DNA from: Callorhinchus milii
Taxonomy: Eukaryota
DNA length: 64,000 nucleotides
Assembly: GCF_018977255.1 (NCBI RefSeq)
Contig: NW_024704743.1
Coordinates: 56,980,001 to 57,044,000 of the forward strand
Reading direction: 5' to 3'
Shown piece after piece: positions 11,469 to 24,369 of the stretch. The notes beneath the pieces were generated by a model. It saw nothing but the letters and a program-made list of their open reading frames with translations. It was not told the DNA's origin and ran no database searches. Both the position numbers and the translations under genes were made by a program. Within the stretch, counting starts at the first letter, position 1; every line of letters begins with the position of its first letter.

Positions 11469-11790
11469 TAATAATAATAATAATCCTTGCATTTGATATA
11501 GCGCTTTTCACGTCAGGAGGACGTCCCAAAGCGCTTCACAGAACACACTGTAAAGTGAATTGACTGTATATTTGTGGGCGAACGCGGCAGCCAATTGCGC
11601 ACAGCAATGTCCCACAACAGTCGTAGATTGAAAATGACCAATTAATTATTGTTTTTGTTTTTTGGAGGGATTATTATTAGGCTCTGTGTGGAGTAAGGAA
11701 ACTTGCCCAAGGTTTCACCCCGTCTGGAATTGAACTCAGGTCTCTCACTTGCAAAGCGAATGCTCTAACCACTGAGCTACAGGACTCCAC
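11469..11790 (-). mobile_element. tRNA-Ala SINE, short form, inserted into an older DeuSINE
   Basis: Full head-to-tail copy with CTCCT-loop hairpin; flanks (~11430-11468 and 11791-11930) are consecutive parts of a SacSINE1-like element. Confidence 0.92.
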
Positions 11791-14711
11791 GATGCTTCAA
11801 CAATGCAGTGTTCCCCAGTACTGACACAATGGTCAGTCCAGATTATGAGCTCTCAGCGCAGGGCATGGGACTTGAACTCATAACTTTATCACTCACAGGG
11901 GGAGAATATTACCAACTGAGTCAAGCCAACATTTATAATGGAACACATGAGTCTGTTCGAAGCTGTCACTGTAATTATGTTTAATCTTATTCTCATGCTA
12001 CAAGCTCCAAAGGATAGTCTATTTACTATTTATGATATACCTCTTTCAACAACGATTTGCATTCATATAGCACCCTTCACTTCAAGGTCCATCTCAAGAT
12101 CTTCCTCTTTGACTGCTCCTTCGATCAGTCAACAATCTCCCAGATAAAATTGTTCATTCACTTCATGGCTATTTCTGGGACAATGTTGTATGCAAATTGG
12201 CTGCCACATTCGTCTACAAATACAGTTACTACACATTATAGCAAATCCACTAAAGTGTTTTGAGACATCCTTCCAACATGAAAGGTACTATAGGAAATGC
12301 AAGAGTTATTTTATTCAATGTGACTTAGGGCCTTCTTCATCCAAACCTGACTTGTGATCTTTTGACCACAATAAACTCCATGCCATTAAGCTCCAATAAA
12401 AAGTGGTATTGTAGATTTACAGGCTGGAGTAACTGAGGACTGGTTCAAATGGAACTGTTTCTCAGGTAGCCTGAGGCTGATGGTGCCTGGAATATGCTCT
12501 GTTAATTTGTGACAGAGTTCCAGACTTTTAGCAGCAACTATAAAAACAACTGTGCATGTGTAAACTCACACAATTCAGATGTGCCTAAACTGCAGCTCAC
12601 ACTCCCCCTCCCTCAACAATGAACCCTTGCTCCATAGACAGTCTGACTAGCGCAACAGTCAATAGCACATTGCTGATTTGTCCTGTCCCACTTAGGGCTC
12701 ATGGCCAAAAGGCAATAAATCTGTCAGAGACAGCATTGGAAACTAACGTGCCTTGTTTTGTCAAACTAACCAGTAACTGGGGTGTTCTTTGAATACAGGA
12801 TGCATGACTGTCACATGAGTCACACATCCCATCATGCATAAAAAACATACAAGTTCATCTACAAAATACATAGTCACTACACTTGCAGTAAATTGTGCGA
12901 AACATTTTGAGGTGTCCTGTGGTGAAAGCCATTGTATCAAATGCAAGGATCATTTTTTTTAAAAAACAGAATAAGGTGGCAAGAGGAAATTCCTGTCACT
13001 GACATGTTGGGACCCATATTCCTTTTACATTCATTTTGCAGCTCTAATATTTGTGTAGCCCTGGATAGAGGAAAAACAAACAGAAGTGGAGAATATTTTC
13101 ACAGATTTGACTCAAATGAGACTTGATTTCATACAAGTCAGTTAATTTTTATTACCAGTGCTATTAAAATCTAGCAAGTGCCTGTTATGTAATGCGTGAA
13201 AAATGATTTCTTGGAAACTTCAATTACTCAGCAACACCTGCCTGGATTTTTAAAATCATTTTAAAAAAATGTTCATTGCTAACAGCATTTTGATTCAATT
13301 TTTCCCCACTTTTTACTAAGGTATCATTCTATGGGCACCTTCCAATACCTTGTTCTATAGACACCTTGCCAGTGAGTCCTGACAGACAACAGGGCAATGA
13401 ACGCAAGTTTTAACCTGCCCTTATCCAATGTCCACACATGCACACTTGAGTTAGGTTTTTGTATTTGAATCCACTGCACATCAAAATTAAACAAAGAGAG
13501 TTGAATTAATGTGGGGGTTTCACAATCGCAAACTAGTCAGCATACACAGCAAAGCAAATATTTCTGAACGAACAGTCATTACTTTATATATTTTGTTGTT
13601 GAGACAATTCATAATATAACCAATGGTGAAGCAGCCCTACATTACATTTAGCTACATGACTACTTAGAAACAATTTGAGTGTTAGTATGCTTCCATAATG
13701 AGTAATAAGCAGCCATTAGGTCATTTTCTTGAAACTGCAAACAATTGTAGATTTGTATATCCATGAAAGCCCTTGCATAAGTATATGGATTATGTTTTTT
13801 CTATTATATCTTTATGAGAGGATGTAAGAACCTGACTCTGAAGGTTGAAAATGAGATAAAGCAGCACATCAGCAATAATTAATTCATCCAGTGCTGCAGA
13901 TTTGATCAGTTTCTGTTCCAGGGAAGCAAGAGGTAATATCTTTGTGTATGCGTAGATGGAATCAGGCTGCATTAATTATCAGCAAAGAGTGCAGGGATGG
14001 GTTACCATTAAACAGAGAAGGAGAATAAAATGTGTGGCCATTAAAAAGTGCTCCTCAGGTAAGCGGTAACATTACAGGTGCCCCACAGCCACATGACATA
14101 ACAGTATTTTTTGCAGGGATTCCCCTGTATTCCCTGCTGACTTGAAAGATCTCAGCCCAGACCCACGATTGCCTCGGAGTTGAGGTCTTGAGTGCCAGTG
14201 TGATGTGTGAGGTGTTCCTTGCAGATAATGGAAATTACACTAGAAAGTGAGGTGCAAACAATGTTGCCATGTATCAGAGGAGCAGTTTTTTAACCCCCAA
14301 CGACTCTGAACATAGGGTCAGTTTTGACTGTTGACAGGAGAATGTTATGAAAGCATCTGACATTTTATTATTTTCCCTCTCCTTTCCTGTAGGATTTGAC
14401 TCTTGCTACAGTACAATCAGGGGAGGACTGTTATTCGGGAAATTCCCTGAGCGTCCCCGTGAAAAGCGCTCTGGATTTTTTTTAAAATACAAAAGTGTCG
14501 GAATCTGGGGCTATAGGAGGCTATAGGCCCCCTCAAATCCACCTGCAGATGGAGCAATAATGGACCGAAAGCTGCCACCAGCACCAGTCACGCCATCACG
14601 AGGTCCCCAGGAATCGACTGACAGAAACTTACCCTTCTTGAACCCGTACATCAGGCTTATGGGCACTTATGCCCAAGAGCAAACGTGAGCTTGCAAACCA
14701 GCTACTTTCTT

Positions 14712-14960
14712 TAACAACAACATCAACTTGTATTTATCTTGCTCCCTTCATGCAGGTCAGCGTCTTGGAGCAATTAACAGTGGCGGAGACTGACTCTGAG
14801 CCAGGAGTAGGGGGAAGGTGACCGTAAGCACAGTTGAAGATCTTCAGTTGTGGAGGGGGGGTGGGAGGGGACAAGACAGAGAGATTGTGGGAGAGAGTTC
14901 CAAAGCTTCAGGACGTAGTTGCTGAAAGCACCGCTGCCAATGGTGGAGCGGAGGGCAGCC
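14712..14960 (-). mobile_element. Degraded L2 3' end
   Basis: (TTG)n tail at ~14712; translation LRSTIGSGAFSNYVLKLWNSLPQSL. Confidence 0.8.
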
Positions 14961-15574
14961 ACATTTTAAATTGGTGGGATAGCCGGAAAGCCTGGAAAAG
15001 AGGAAAGCCATTGCCATCATCCCCCCAGCCAGCAGCACCACACCTCGAGCCTGGCATTCTAGAGGTGGCCATGGTGGTGCCAAGATTCGGATGATACTGA
15101 CATGGGAGATGGGGATGAGACTGACATGGGAGGGTGGGGCCATGCCTCTGTGCATTGTTTTATACTTTTTGGTGCTTGTGCCCCCTACAAATCATGCCCC
15201 CCTTTCCCCATGAAATTCCTGAGCCCTTTCAGTGAGTCAGCCCACCACGGTGAACAATTCCTAAATGCTGACAGTCATCTAGCACTTTGACCAAATGACT
15301 GTTGTGAAGGCCTCTCAGTGAGTTTTGGCAGGCACGGGAGCACCACCACCAAGCCTAATGCAGTGCTCTCCCAGCATGACACGGTGCACTTTCTGACAGA
15401 CTTCACTGGATTGCAATCAGAAGCAGGAATCCTGGTTGACCCTTCCCCTGCATAGCTGAGGTTACTACAGTGAATTATTATGGCATACAACCAACCCAGC
15501 TGAGATCAGCTAACTCAGAAGAGGCCAGATGTGACTCATTGTTGAAGACTATTCATCACACAGATTTAATAACA

Positions 15575-15900
15575 ATAACGTTTACATTTTGTATAACCAT
15601 GTGAATTTGAATTGTCCCAAAGTGCTTCACAGAGCTACTGTCATGTGTAGTGACTGTATATTTGTAGATGAACACAGCAGCCAATTTGCTCAGAACAATG
15701 TCCCATACACAGCCATGAAGTGAATGACCCTGGGCGGGGATCATTGACCAGGACACTGGAGGATCTTTTACACTCACTTGATTAGATGAATGTAGAAGTT
15801 CTCATTCAAACAATAGTACTTGCGACAATGTGGTGTTCTCCCACCACTTCGCCAGAGAATTAGTCTAGATGATGAGCTCAAAGTCCCATTGGCTTGCTCA
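15575..15900 (-). mobile_element. Old DeuSINE
   Basis: cccaaagtgcttcacag…cacagcagccaatttgctcagaacaatgtccca…ccaggacactgg. Confidence 0.7.
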
Positions 15901-18900
15901 GTTGTGCATTTTGGATAGTTTTTTTTGTTTCTGAAACATATCAGAACACTACTGTCAAGATCTTTGAAATATTTTGATCCCTCCATCTCTGCACTTTGCT
16001 GCAATGATTTGGTCTAAAGCCTACCAAAGCTGTTCTTCTCATAGCAAGTCGAAATAATGCAACTGCTACAATATCCTAAACTGGTCTTCATTCTACAATA
16101 TTGCAGTGTGGCAAAAAAGAGGCTGCATCTCAGTGATATTCAAAGTGAAACACATCCGGGTTCTTCAGGCTATTGATACACTGTGATTATAATCAAAAGA
16201 AAACATATATTCGTACTAGGAAATCTACCAGGTGCCTGGGGAGGATACAGGGTTAAAATCTGTTGCCTCACATGATTAGGAACTAAATGCCAAGCGAACC
16301 CTGTACATATAACAAAAAGGAGCCTCTGGCGATCATATATCAATACTGTTCCATTGCCCTCTAAGCTCCAATTATTTAAAAAGCTTTACAATGAAAAGAG
16401 CTATGTTATAAGGAATTAAACCCACCTCTCTAAAAAGAAGCACTGTCAAAGCTTTCCTATGTCCAGTAGGTAAACACACTGACTCATACAACACAAAACC
16501 ATACAGACAACAACTTGCATTTATATAGCGCCCTTCACGTAAGGTAGGATCACCAAATGCTCCGACTAGAAGGCAGGTTTGAAACCCAGTCCCTGCAAAG
16601 TTAGGTGACCTCATCTGGAACACCATTTAAACACCATTTATGGTGCTATTATCAACATTGGTGACCCCTGTTTTAAGTAGGGGAGGAAATAAACCAAGGC
16701 CTCAACCTTTGATTGCCATCAAGTGACCCCACGTTGGAAAGTGATCACATATGCATGTCAGGCAAGGACATATTCAAGCTTGGCTGTGGTTCCCTACAGT
16801 TAAATAGATTGTCAGAACTCACTGTCTACATTCATATCTGAAGAATTGACACTTGGGCAAGGAGGGTCATCAGTGTCAGTGAAACCATACTTTACAAAAG
16901 ATCAGTGCCTTCTGGAGAACAGCATTGCACTTTTTATTCTGCACAGTTTAACAGGAAACAAAATAATAGGATTTTAGTCACAACTATTTGATACATTGAA
17001 ACTGACATGCTACAGTTAACCAAGGATACAAGGAATTGACTAAACTGTACAGTATTTGTACTTTTGAGGAAATGTTACAATTTTGTTGTGTTATGGGTTG
17101 GATATATATATATATAGAACTGATCCAAATTCTGCTGTGCTGTAATACATCAAAGTAACCATTTCATAGACATAAAATGGAGCAGCACGTAAACAAGCCA
17201 TCATTCATAGATCATGTCTATGCTGTTTTTTTCTCCACATGGCAAAAGCAACTTGTGTATATATAATCACCTATCATGTAGGATAATGTCTCAATGATTC
17301 AACCTCCTATACTACACTGATATACTATATGCTTCTTACTACTTATATGAACTAGATAGCTAATCATATCAACCTCTATATAACTTAAATCAAACAACTA
17401 CAAACACCTGATCATTGTGAAATTGAATAGAGTTATGAAAATACTCAGTTCCCTATGTGTAGAAAAATATTTACAATAAATTTCAAAGCAGTGCATTACA
17501 GTACAGGTTATTTTATCAGTCACGGGCATCGATTTGTTTTTTACTGGACAAGTTTCTAATCATAGAATTGCAATGTAACTATGCCAGCAAATGCTATTTT
17601 ATTTAATTTGTGCTGTGGTGCAAAGAAACTAAAGTGCCACGGGCAGAGGATACTGTCATGAGGCTTTCAATGAGGCACTGAAATGTAATGGACAGGATCA
17701 ATGTTGATAAGGTAACTGGCCATTTGCCCCAGATACACATTCCACATAATAAATGTGATAGATTTTTGCTTTCAAAAAAGATTGGATTTAGACAGGAGGA
17801 TCTCAGCCCTTTTGGCATGGCAGTCGCAAAATACTTTTCCTATTTTTCTTTTAAAGTACTATTGTGGCATAGGAATAGATTAATGCCATCAGTTTATTTG
17901 ATTGAATGCAGCAATCTTTGCTGCCAGCTAATTTAACTTGTTTTTTTGGTCAAAGGCTCTCAGACTAATGCCCTTGAGTATCTTAGACGCAAAGCTCAAT
18001 GTGAAAATGAGCCACACAGGCCAGTAACGGTCTCTGCTCTGTGTTGAGTTGGCTGATCTCAGCCAGAGTTATAGTGAGGTAGATATATTGGCCTTGGAGC
18101 CATTGGAGCTGGGGGAGGAAAAATTGTGAGGATTCCAACTTCAGTAACTGTTGCTGAAAGCTCTACATAATAATCCTTGTATTTGTTAAAGCAGCTTATC
18201 ATATTTCATATACTTGTGTGAAGTATATGAAACATGTCAAGCACCTAACAGAGATTTCTATGAAGTGTGTGTGAGACAAATGTGAACTAATTTGCACACA
18301 GCAACAGCCATGAACTGGATGACCATTATTTTATCCCTGGGATTGTTAGCTAGGACACCAGGAGAGATTCTCATCCCTTTCGAATAGTGCCACTGGAGTG
18401 TCAGTTTAGAATAGGAACTCAAAAGTCCTAACATGCGGCTTCAACCTATAACTTTCTGACTCAAAGGCAAGAATATTACCAACTAAGCCAGATTGACACC
18501 TATATTGGGTGAAAATAGGAAGGATTCATCCTTGAATCTTACTTCCCCACCTCCTATGTCATAGTTATGTCGCCAGTTGTCACTCACTCTCAAGACACAT
18601 ATAAGAATGGTGACTTGGGTGAAGTACAGGAGATTGATTGACATCTCTGGAACTAAATACCAGGAGAGGAGATTAGTGGGGAAAGAAAAAAATGTTTGGC
18701 TCTTTTGCACTGACTATGAAATAAGAAAACATTTTGTCACTTTCTGTACCCACAAGATTCTTCAATAGTGGGCCGTGCATAGTGGTAGCAGTCACGTGAA
18801 GATAAATGACAATATTTTTATTCCTGGTGATGTGTTTTTATTCCTGGTGAAGACACTCAATTGGTGAAAGAATTGGCTGACATGTTTGCACTTTGGGGTG

Positions 18901-19082
18901 AGTGTCATTGCTGTCTGCTGTAATATGTTTTTCTCTCCCTTCTTAAACAATGTTGTTCATTCCCGAAATCATAGGAAACCAAAAACCCTTAATATAAAAT
19001 AGAACAAATTAAACTCAAAAATGGTATCAGAAGTGAAAATTTGCCTCATTAACTAGAATTACTTTGTGTTGCAATTGTGGTG

Positions 19083-19333
19083 GTCTGGAACTCTATCCCC
19101 CAGTGCCTTCGTCTTGCTTCCTCCCTTTCCTCCTTCAAGGCCGGTCTCAAGACCTTTCTCTTTGACCGTGCCTTCAGCTCCCCTCTCGACTCTCTACCCC
19201 CTCCTCGCTCCCTCCCTTCCCTCCCCTCACCCTGACCATTTCCCCCCTGCTCGGGTCCTGACCCAACTGTACAGCGCTTTGGAAAGTCCTCCCGACGTGA
19301 AAAGCGCTCTATAAATAGAATCTTGTTGTTGTT
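19083..19333 (+). mobile_element. Young L2, 5'-truncated, with target-site duplication
   Basis: Near-identical to 43111-43358; flanked by ttgtggtg (19075-19082 and 19332-19339). Confidence 0.93.
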
Positions 19334-19479
19334 GTGGTGTGGTATGCTGCCCTGGTCTAATGGTGATGGTGGCTATAATTAATTATATGTTACAACATTG
19401 ATGCAGGAGAGAGAGAATGGAGCAGTTGCAAAAGCAAGAGGATTTGTCCTCAGCACTTACAGGACCTGCAGTATAGTGT

Positions 19480-19820
19480 TGGCTGATACTCCAATGCAAT
19501 GCTGGGTTTGTGTTGCATTGTTAGAGGTGCCATCATTTGGATGAGATGTTTAATCAAGTTCCCATCTGTCTGCTCAGCTGGATCTTAAAGATTCCATGGC
19601 ACTATTTGAAAAGAGATATCCTTCCGGTGTCCTGGCCAACAAATTCCCCAAATAAAATTGTCATTCATTATAGTCTGTTTGTGGGGATATTTCTGTGCGC
19701 AAATTCTGCCATATTTGCCCACAAAGCATACAGTCACTCAATTTTACAGTATATCCTGTGAAACACTTTAAGACATCCTCCTGACATGAAAGATGCTATA
19801 CCAAATGTAAGGATTATTAT
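19480..19820 (+). mobile_element. Old DeuSINE (SacSINE1-like)
   Basis: gaggtgccatcatttggatgagatgtttaatc…ccatggcactatttgaa…ggtgtcctggccaac…ctgtttgtgggga…tail. Confidence 0.82.
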
Positions 19821-19885
19821 ACAAAATACAATAGAAAATTACATTTGTATAGTGCCTTTCGCATCAGGAAGACGTAATTATTATA

Positions 19886-20830
19886 ATAACAACAAGCATT
19901 TATATAGAGCCCTTCAAGTGGGATACATTCTCAGAACATTTAACAGTGCTGGAAATTGACGCCAGTGAAAGAGGTGACAGTAGGTGAAGAGGAAGGTCTT
20001 CAGGAGTGATCTGAAGATCGACAAGTGGGAGCAAGTTGGAGGGATTGAGGCAGAGAGCTCCAGAGTCTTCGGGTGTCGTAGCCAAAAGCACGGCCACTGA
20101 TGGTGGAAAGGAGGGGACAAGGATACTCAGGTTAGACCCAGCTGAGCGAAGGTAGAGGAGTGAGGCGTAAGCAGATTGTAAAGGTACGGAGGTCCCAGGG
20201 TAGAAGATGATTTTTACGCGAGTATGAGATCTTGAAATCAGTTTGTTCTGCAATGGGGAACCAGTGGAGTCTGGCAAGGACTGGGCTGATGGGTGTGAGT
20301 TTAGTATTGGTGAGGATATGGGTGGTGGAGTTTTTAATTCATTGAATATTATGAACGGTGGAGCTGGGGAGACCAGCAAGAAAGGCGATGGGAAAATTGA
20401 AGTGAGAGGTGATGAATGCAAGGATAAGGGCTGTGTTGGGTGTGATGTATGGCTGGAAGCAGGCATTGTAGCAGAGGGCAGGAAAGCGATCCAGGCCAGG
20501 TACTGGATGTCGGGTAGGTAGACCAGCTGAGGATCGAGCCCAATGCCTAGATTCCGCACAGGTTGAGTAAATTTGAGGGATTGGCCGCGGAGGTTAAGGA
20601 GGGCGGAACCACAGATGACAAGATTGATGGGAGCCAAGGAGTACGGTGCTAATCCAGGCCATAAGGTCTGACAATCAAGTAGATAGAACATCGATGGACC
20701 TGGAGTCAAGGCTAGAGGAGGAAGATTAAATTTGGGTGTCATCCGCATATATGTGGAACTTGACCCTATGTTGGCAGATGACATCAATGAGAGGAAGCAT
20801 GTAAATAAGAAAAAGGAAAGGCCCAAGAAT
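19886..20830 (-). mobile_element. Degraded L2 (RT C-terminus to tail)
   Basis: Frameshifted YADDTQI (atatgcggatgacacccaa on minus), PVRNLGIGLDPQL; tail at ~19886. Confidence 0.88.
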
Positions 20831-20844
20831 AGAGCTTCATATTA

Positions 20845-21895
20845 TTATCGCCTCCACTAAATCATCCTTCTACTCCAAGACAATATTGAAGCCAAGGACA
20901 ACCCCTGGCTCCTCTTCTACATCACTAACCAACTTCATCGTCCACCTGCTCATGCCTCGCTCATCCTCTCCTCCAACACCAACTGCGAGGAGATGCTGGA
21001 CTTCCTCGAAACCAAAGTCAAGGGGTTCCGCTCAGCTGCCTCTGCCCTTCCAACCACTTCCAACCATCCTCATCTCCCCCTCACACCCCAGCACCCACCC
21101 ATCCCTCCCTCCAAATCTTCAAATCTGTCTCCCGCTCCTCTTTCATTACCACCATAACCCACATGAAACCGACACCTGGATCACTTCATCTCCACAAACG
21201 GTTTCTCCTCTAGCCCCCACACCATCTCATGCAGCATTCCTCAGGGCTCAGCGTCCCTTACTTTTCAATATCTATATGCTCCCTGTTGGTGACATCATCC
21301 ACAGACATGGGGTCAACTTCCACACGTATGCGGATGCTATCTCCCTGTCTCCACCCTTGACTCCAGGACCACTGCTAGATATACAGTTGAACATCAACAA
21401 GTCCGAGGCCCTCCTGATTGGCTCCCATCAGCACCTCCACACCTCAGGCGCTGACAGCATCACCATCCATGGATGCAAACTCCCCTTACTAAGCCAGTCC
21501 GGAACCTTGGCATGTTGTTTGACCCTCAACTATCCCTTCTACCCCACATCCATGCCATGTCCTGCTCACTTCACCAATCTCCGCAACATCGCCTGGCTCT
21601 GCCACTGTCTCACACCGCAGGCCGCCAAGATCCTCATACATGCATTCATAACATGCAGGCTTGACTACATAAACTCCCTGCTTGTCAGCCTCCCAAACTC
21701 CTCCATCCAAATCCTTGCTTCCTTCAAGGCCTGTCTCTAGACGCTCCTCGTGGACCGTGCTTTCAGTCACCCTACTTTCCCCCATGCTCTCCACCCTCCC
21801 CTCTGCTCAGGGTTGGAAAACTGATTGTCCAACATTTTGGGAAATCCTCCTGACGTGAAAGGAGCTATACAAATGTAATTTTGTTGCTGCTGTTG
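20845..21895 (+). mobile_element. Degraded L2 with several internal deletions
   Basis: PLLFNIYMLPVGDIIHRHGVNFHTYADA, IHAFITCRLDY; upstream linker homologous to 36140-36460; stem-loop and TTG tail at 21835-21895. Confidence 0.9.
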
Positions 21896-22476
21896 TATTA
21901 TTATGATAATCATTATCAGGTCCTGTAAATCTCTTTAAGACGCTCTCCTGATGTGAAAGGCAGTTTATCAAATGCAAGGATTCTATCTACTTGACCAGTA
22001 CAGAGCAATGTCTATGCTACAATAAAGGCAGACGAGCCTCATGGACATCTGTCAGACGATACAAGAGGATTTGGAATTAGAGTGTAATTATTAGAGTCTT
22101 AGTGGGTACAGCCCTGTTGTTTGTTGGATTCAGACACGTCAGAGGTAAAGTCACCTTCAAGCTCCTCAACAGGTTAGTTAAAGTCACTGTCTGGTGAAAT
22201 TTTAGTAGCACCCAGTGAAGCAATTTTCTCATTATACCTCCCTTCAGCCACATTAAATAATCAGTGGAATCAGTAATGGGTAAAATGGGATGAGATGGGA
22301 TGAATATCTATTGACTGCACATGGACTCTTCACTGTGGAATCAAAATAAATACCAGAACACAATTTCATATTTCACATTTTCACATTTGATAAACTGCCT
22401 TTCACATCAGGAGAGCGTCTTAAAGAGATTTTCAGGATCTGATAATGATAATCATAATAATACAGCAGCAACAAAA
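21879..22476. repeat. Local inverted duplication; arms 21879-21974 and 22384-22476
   Basis: Arms differ by only 3 substitutions and one 3-nt indel and share a locus-specific junction. Confidence 0.92.
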
Positions 22477-22699
22477 AATGTTAGAATAATTGCTTGTACT
22501 TACACTGTAGCTCTATCTTCTTTTCCTCCCTACTCATATAAAATTACATTTGTATTGCACATTTCACTTCGGAAGGAAGTCCCAAGGCACCATTATCTTG
22601 TCTTTCCTATTATTATTACTTTTTTCCCCATGCTAACCTATTCTAACTTTTTCCAATATCTATTTCTACCTTTTTAAAGAGAAGAATATCCTATTGTTC

Positions 22700-23045
22700 T
22701 TTCAGGTCGAATTCAAAAATCTTGCCCTCACTTTCGAATGCCTCCGTGCCTAGCCCCATCTTACTGCTGTGACCTAAAGCGACTCTACAGTCTCTCAAAC
22801 CAGCCTGCTTCACCATGGGTGAGTGAGCCATTGAGCCATTCAGCTCCTGCTCTCTAGAGCTCCATCCCAGAGTGCCTTCTCCTTGCCTCCTCTTCCCCTG
22901 TCTTAAGAGCTATCTCTTCAAACATCCTTTCAACTACCTTTCTTTCCACCGCCACCCACCAGCTCGGGTTCCCAGTCCATTGTGTGCAGTTCTTTGAGTT
23001 GCCCTCTTGACATGAAAGATGTTATACAAACGTAAATTGTTAATG
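22700..23045 (+). mobile_element. Highly degraded L2 3' end
   Basis: gaattcaaaaatcttgccctcactttc… through gacatgaaagatgttatacaaacgtaaattgtt. Confidence 0.65.
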
Positions 23046-23184
23046 CTATTGTTTCTTCCTATTCAAACTACCTGTTTTTCAAAGATGAAAGTTGATTGTA
23101 ATGGCTTAAAATCTGTGCTGTTCAGATGGGGACCTAAGCAATCTAATAGTAAAAGCTTATAGATTGATAGGGTTGCATCATCAA

Positions 23185-23490
23185 GCATAGAATTATACAG
23201 CACAGAAGGAGGCCACTCGGCACATCGTTTCTGTGCCGGCTCTTTGAAAAGAGCTATCCAAGTCAATCCCTCTCCCCCGCTCTCTCCCCATAGTCCTGTA
23301 AACTTGTCCTCACCAAATAATTATCTACTTCTCGCTTAAAAGTTGTTATTGAATTGGCTTCCACCACCCTTTCAGGCAAAGCATTCCAGATCCGAACAAC
23401 TCGCTGTGTGAAAAATTCTCCTCGCCTCCCCTCCTTATTCTTCCTCCAAAAATGCATCACTTCACATTTCTCCACATTAAACTTCAAAAC
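23185..23490 (-). mobile_element. CR1 LINE 3' end with large internal deletion
   Basis: KFNVEKCEVMHFWRKN fused to FFTQRVVRIWNALPERVVEANSITTFKREVD (both CR1 ORF2 motifs); CR1-type 3'UTR ccgagtggcctccttctgtgctgtataattctatg. Confidence 0.9.
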
Positions 23491-24369
23491 TGCCATATCA
23501 AATGTGGCGTGGATAAATAGGGAGTAACCACCAGCTCCATGGTTGATCATGTATAGACCGAGATGCCAAACAGATAAAGATAGTGCTCTAATGTAAATAC
23601 ACATCAGTGATGCTCAAAGGTTTGGGGCACAAAACACCAAGGTTTGAAATCAATTGAGTAAGCTGCAAAGCAGAAATATATTATGATCTATGGATAAAGG
23701 TTTGCCAAAAATTGCTCTACTGCAATCAATGTCTCCCGAAGTGGAAAAGTCAATTTTTTATATTGTTTTTCTTTGTAGATGAAAAATAGCTAGGTGTTGG
23801 AGGAGTTTTCTGTGCAATAACAGGAGATTAATGGATAGCTGGGAGTGACTACAAAGCAGTAATTTCACTGACAGCTATAAACCTGAGGTCAAAACCCAAG
23901 GTGAGAGTATTGACATCACTCATATGGATTCGTTAACAATTGTGATCAAATCCATGGAAGTTTATCAAATAGAAATCAAAACTTTATTAGGAGGAAATAA
24001 TACAGGAAATAATCAGTTTATGAGAAGAATGGATTTTTAGGGCTGAATGTCCACCCAGTCTTAGCCTGCAAGATCTATTTGTTTCAGATTACATTAGCAA
24101 GGTTGCGGTTTGTTTTAGAGAAATCCTGGCAGTTTCAGGGTGGAGGTTACCTTGAGGCCTTGGAATTATAGGACAGGATATTGGAAGAGAAGCAGAGATG
24201 GCAATCTGCCTGGATATTGAGCAAACCGATAAGGTAGCAATGAACTAATGCAGAGGTAAGGGGGAATCAATAATTCATGACCTGCAGTGCTGAGCAGTTC
24301 AAGCTGAGTGGTAAATGAGGGGTGGCCCTCAAACCACAAGGAAGTCTTATTCATGCACCTGACCATGCA

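Noticed and set aside
11715..11790. tRNA-Ala(TGC) genes at SINE heads (also ~4290, 9774, 34915, 38795, 47575)
   Set aside because: A/B boxes and anticodon arm are present, but there is no proper acceptor stem and each continues into SINE body and tail.
18835..18870. Short direct duplications (also ~16619, ~42025, ~58062)
   Set aside because: Two-unit slippage-type micro-duplications with no array structure.
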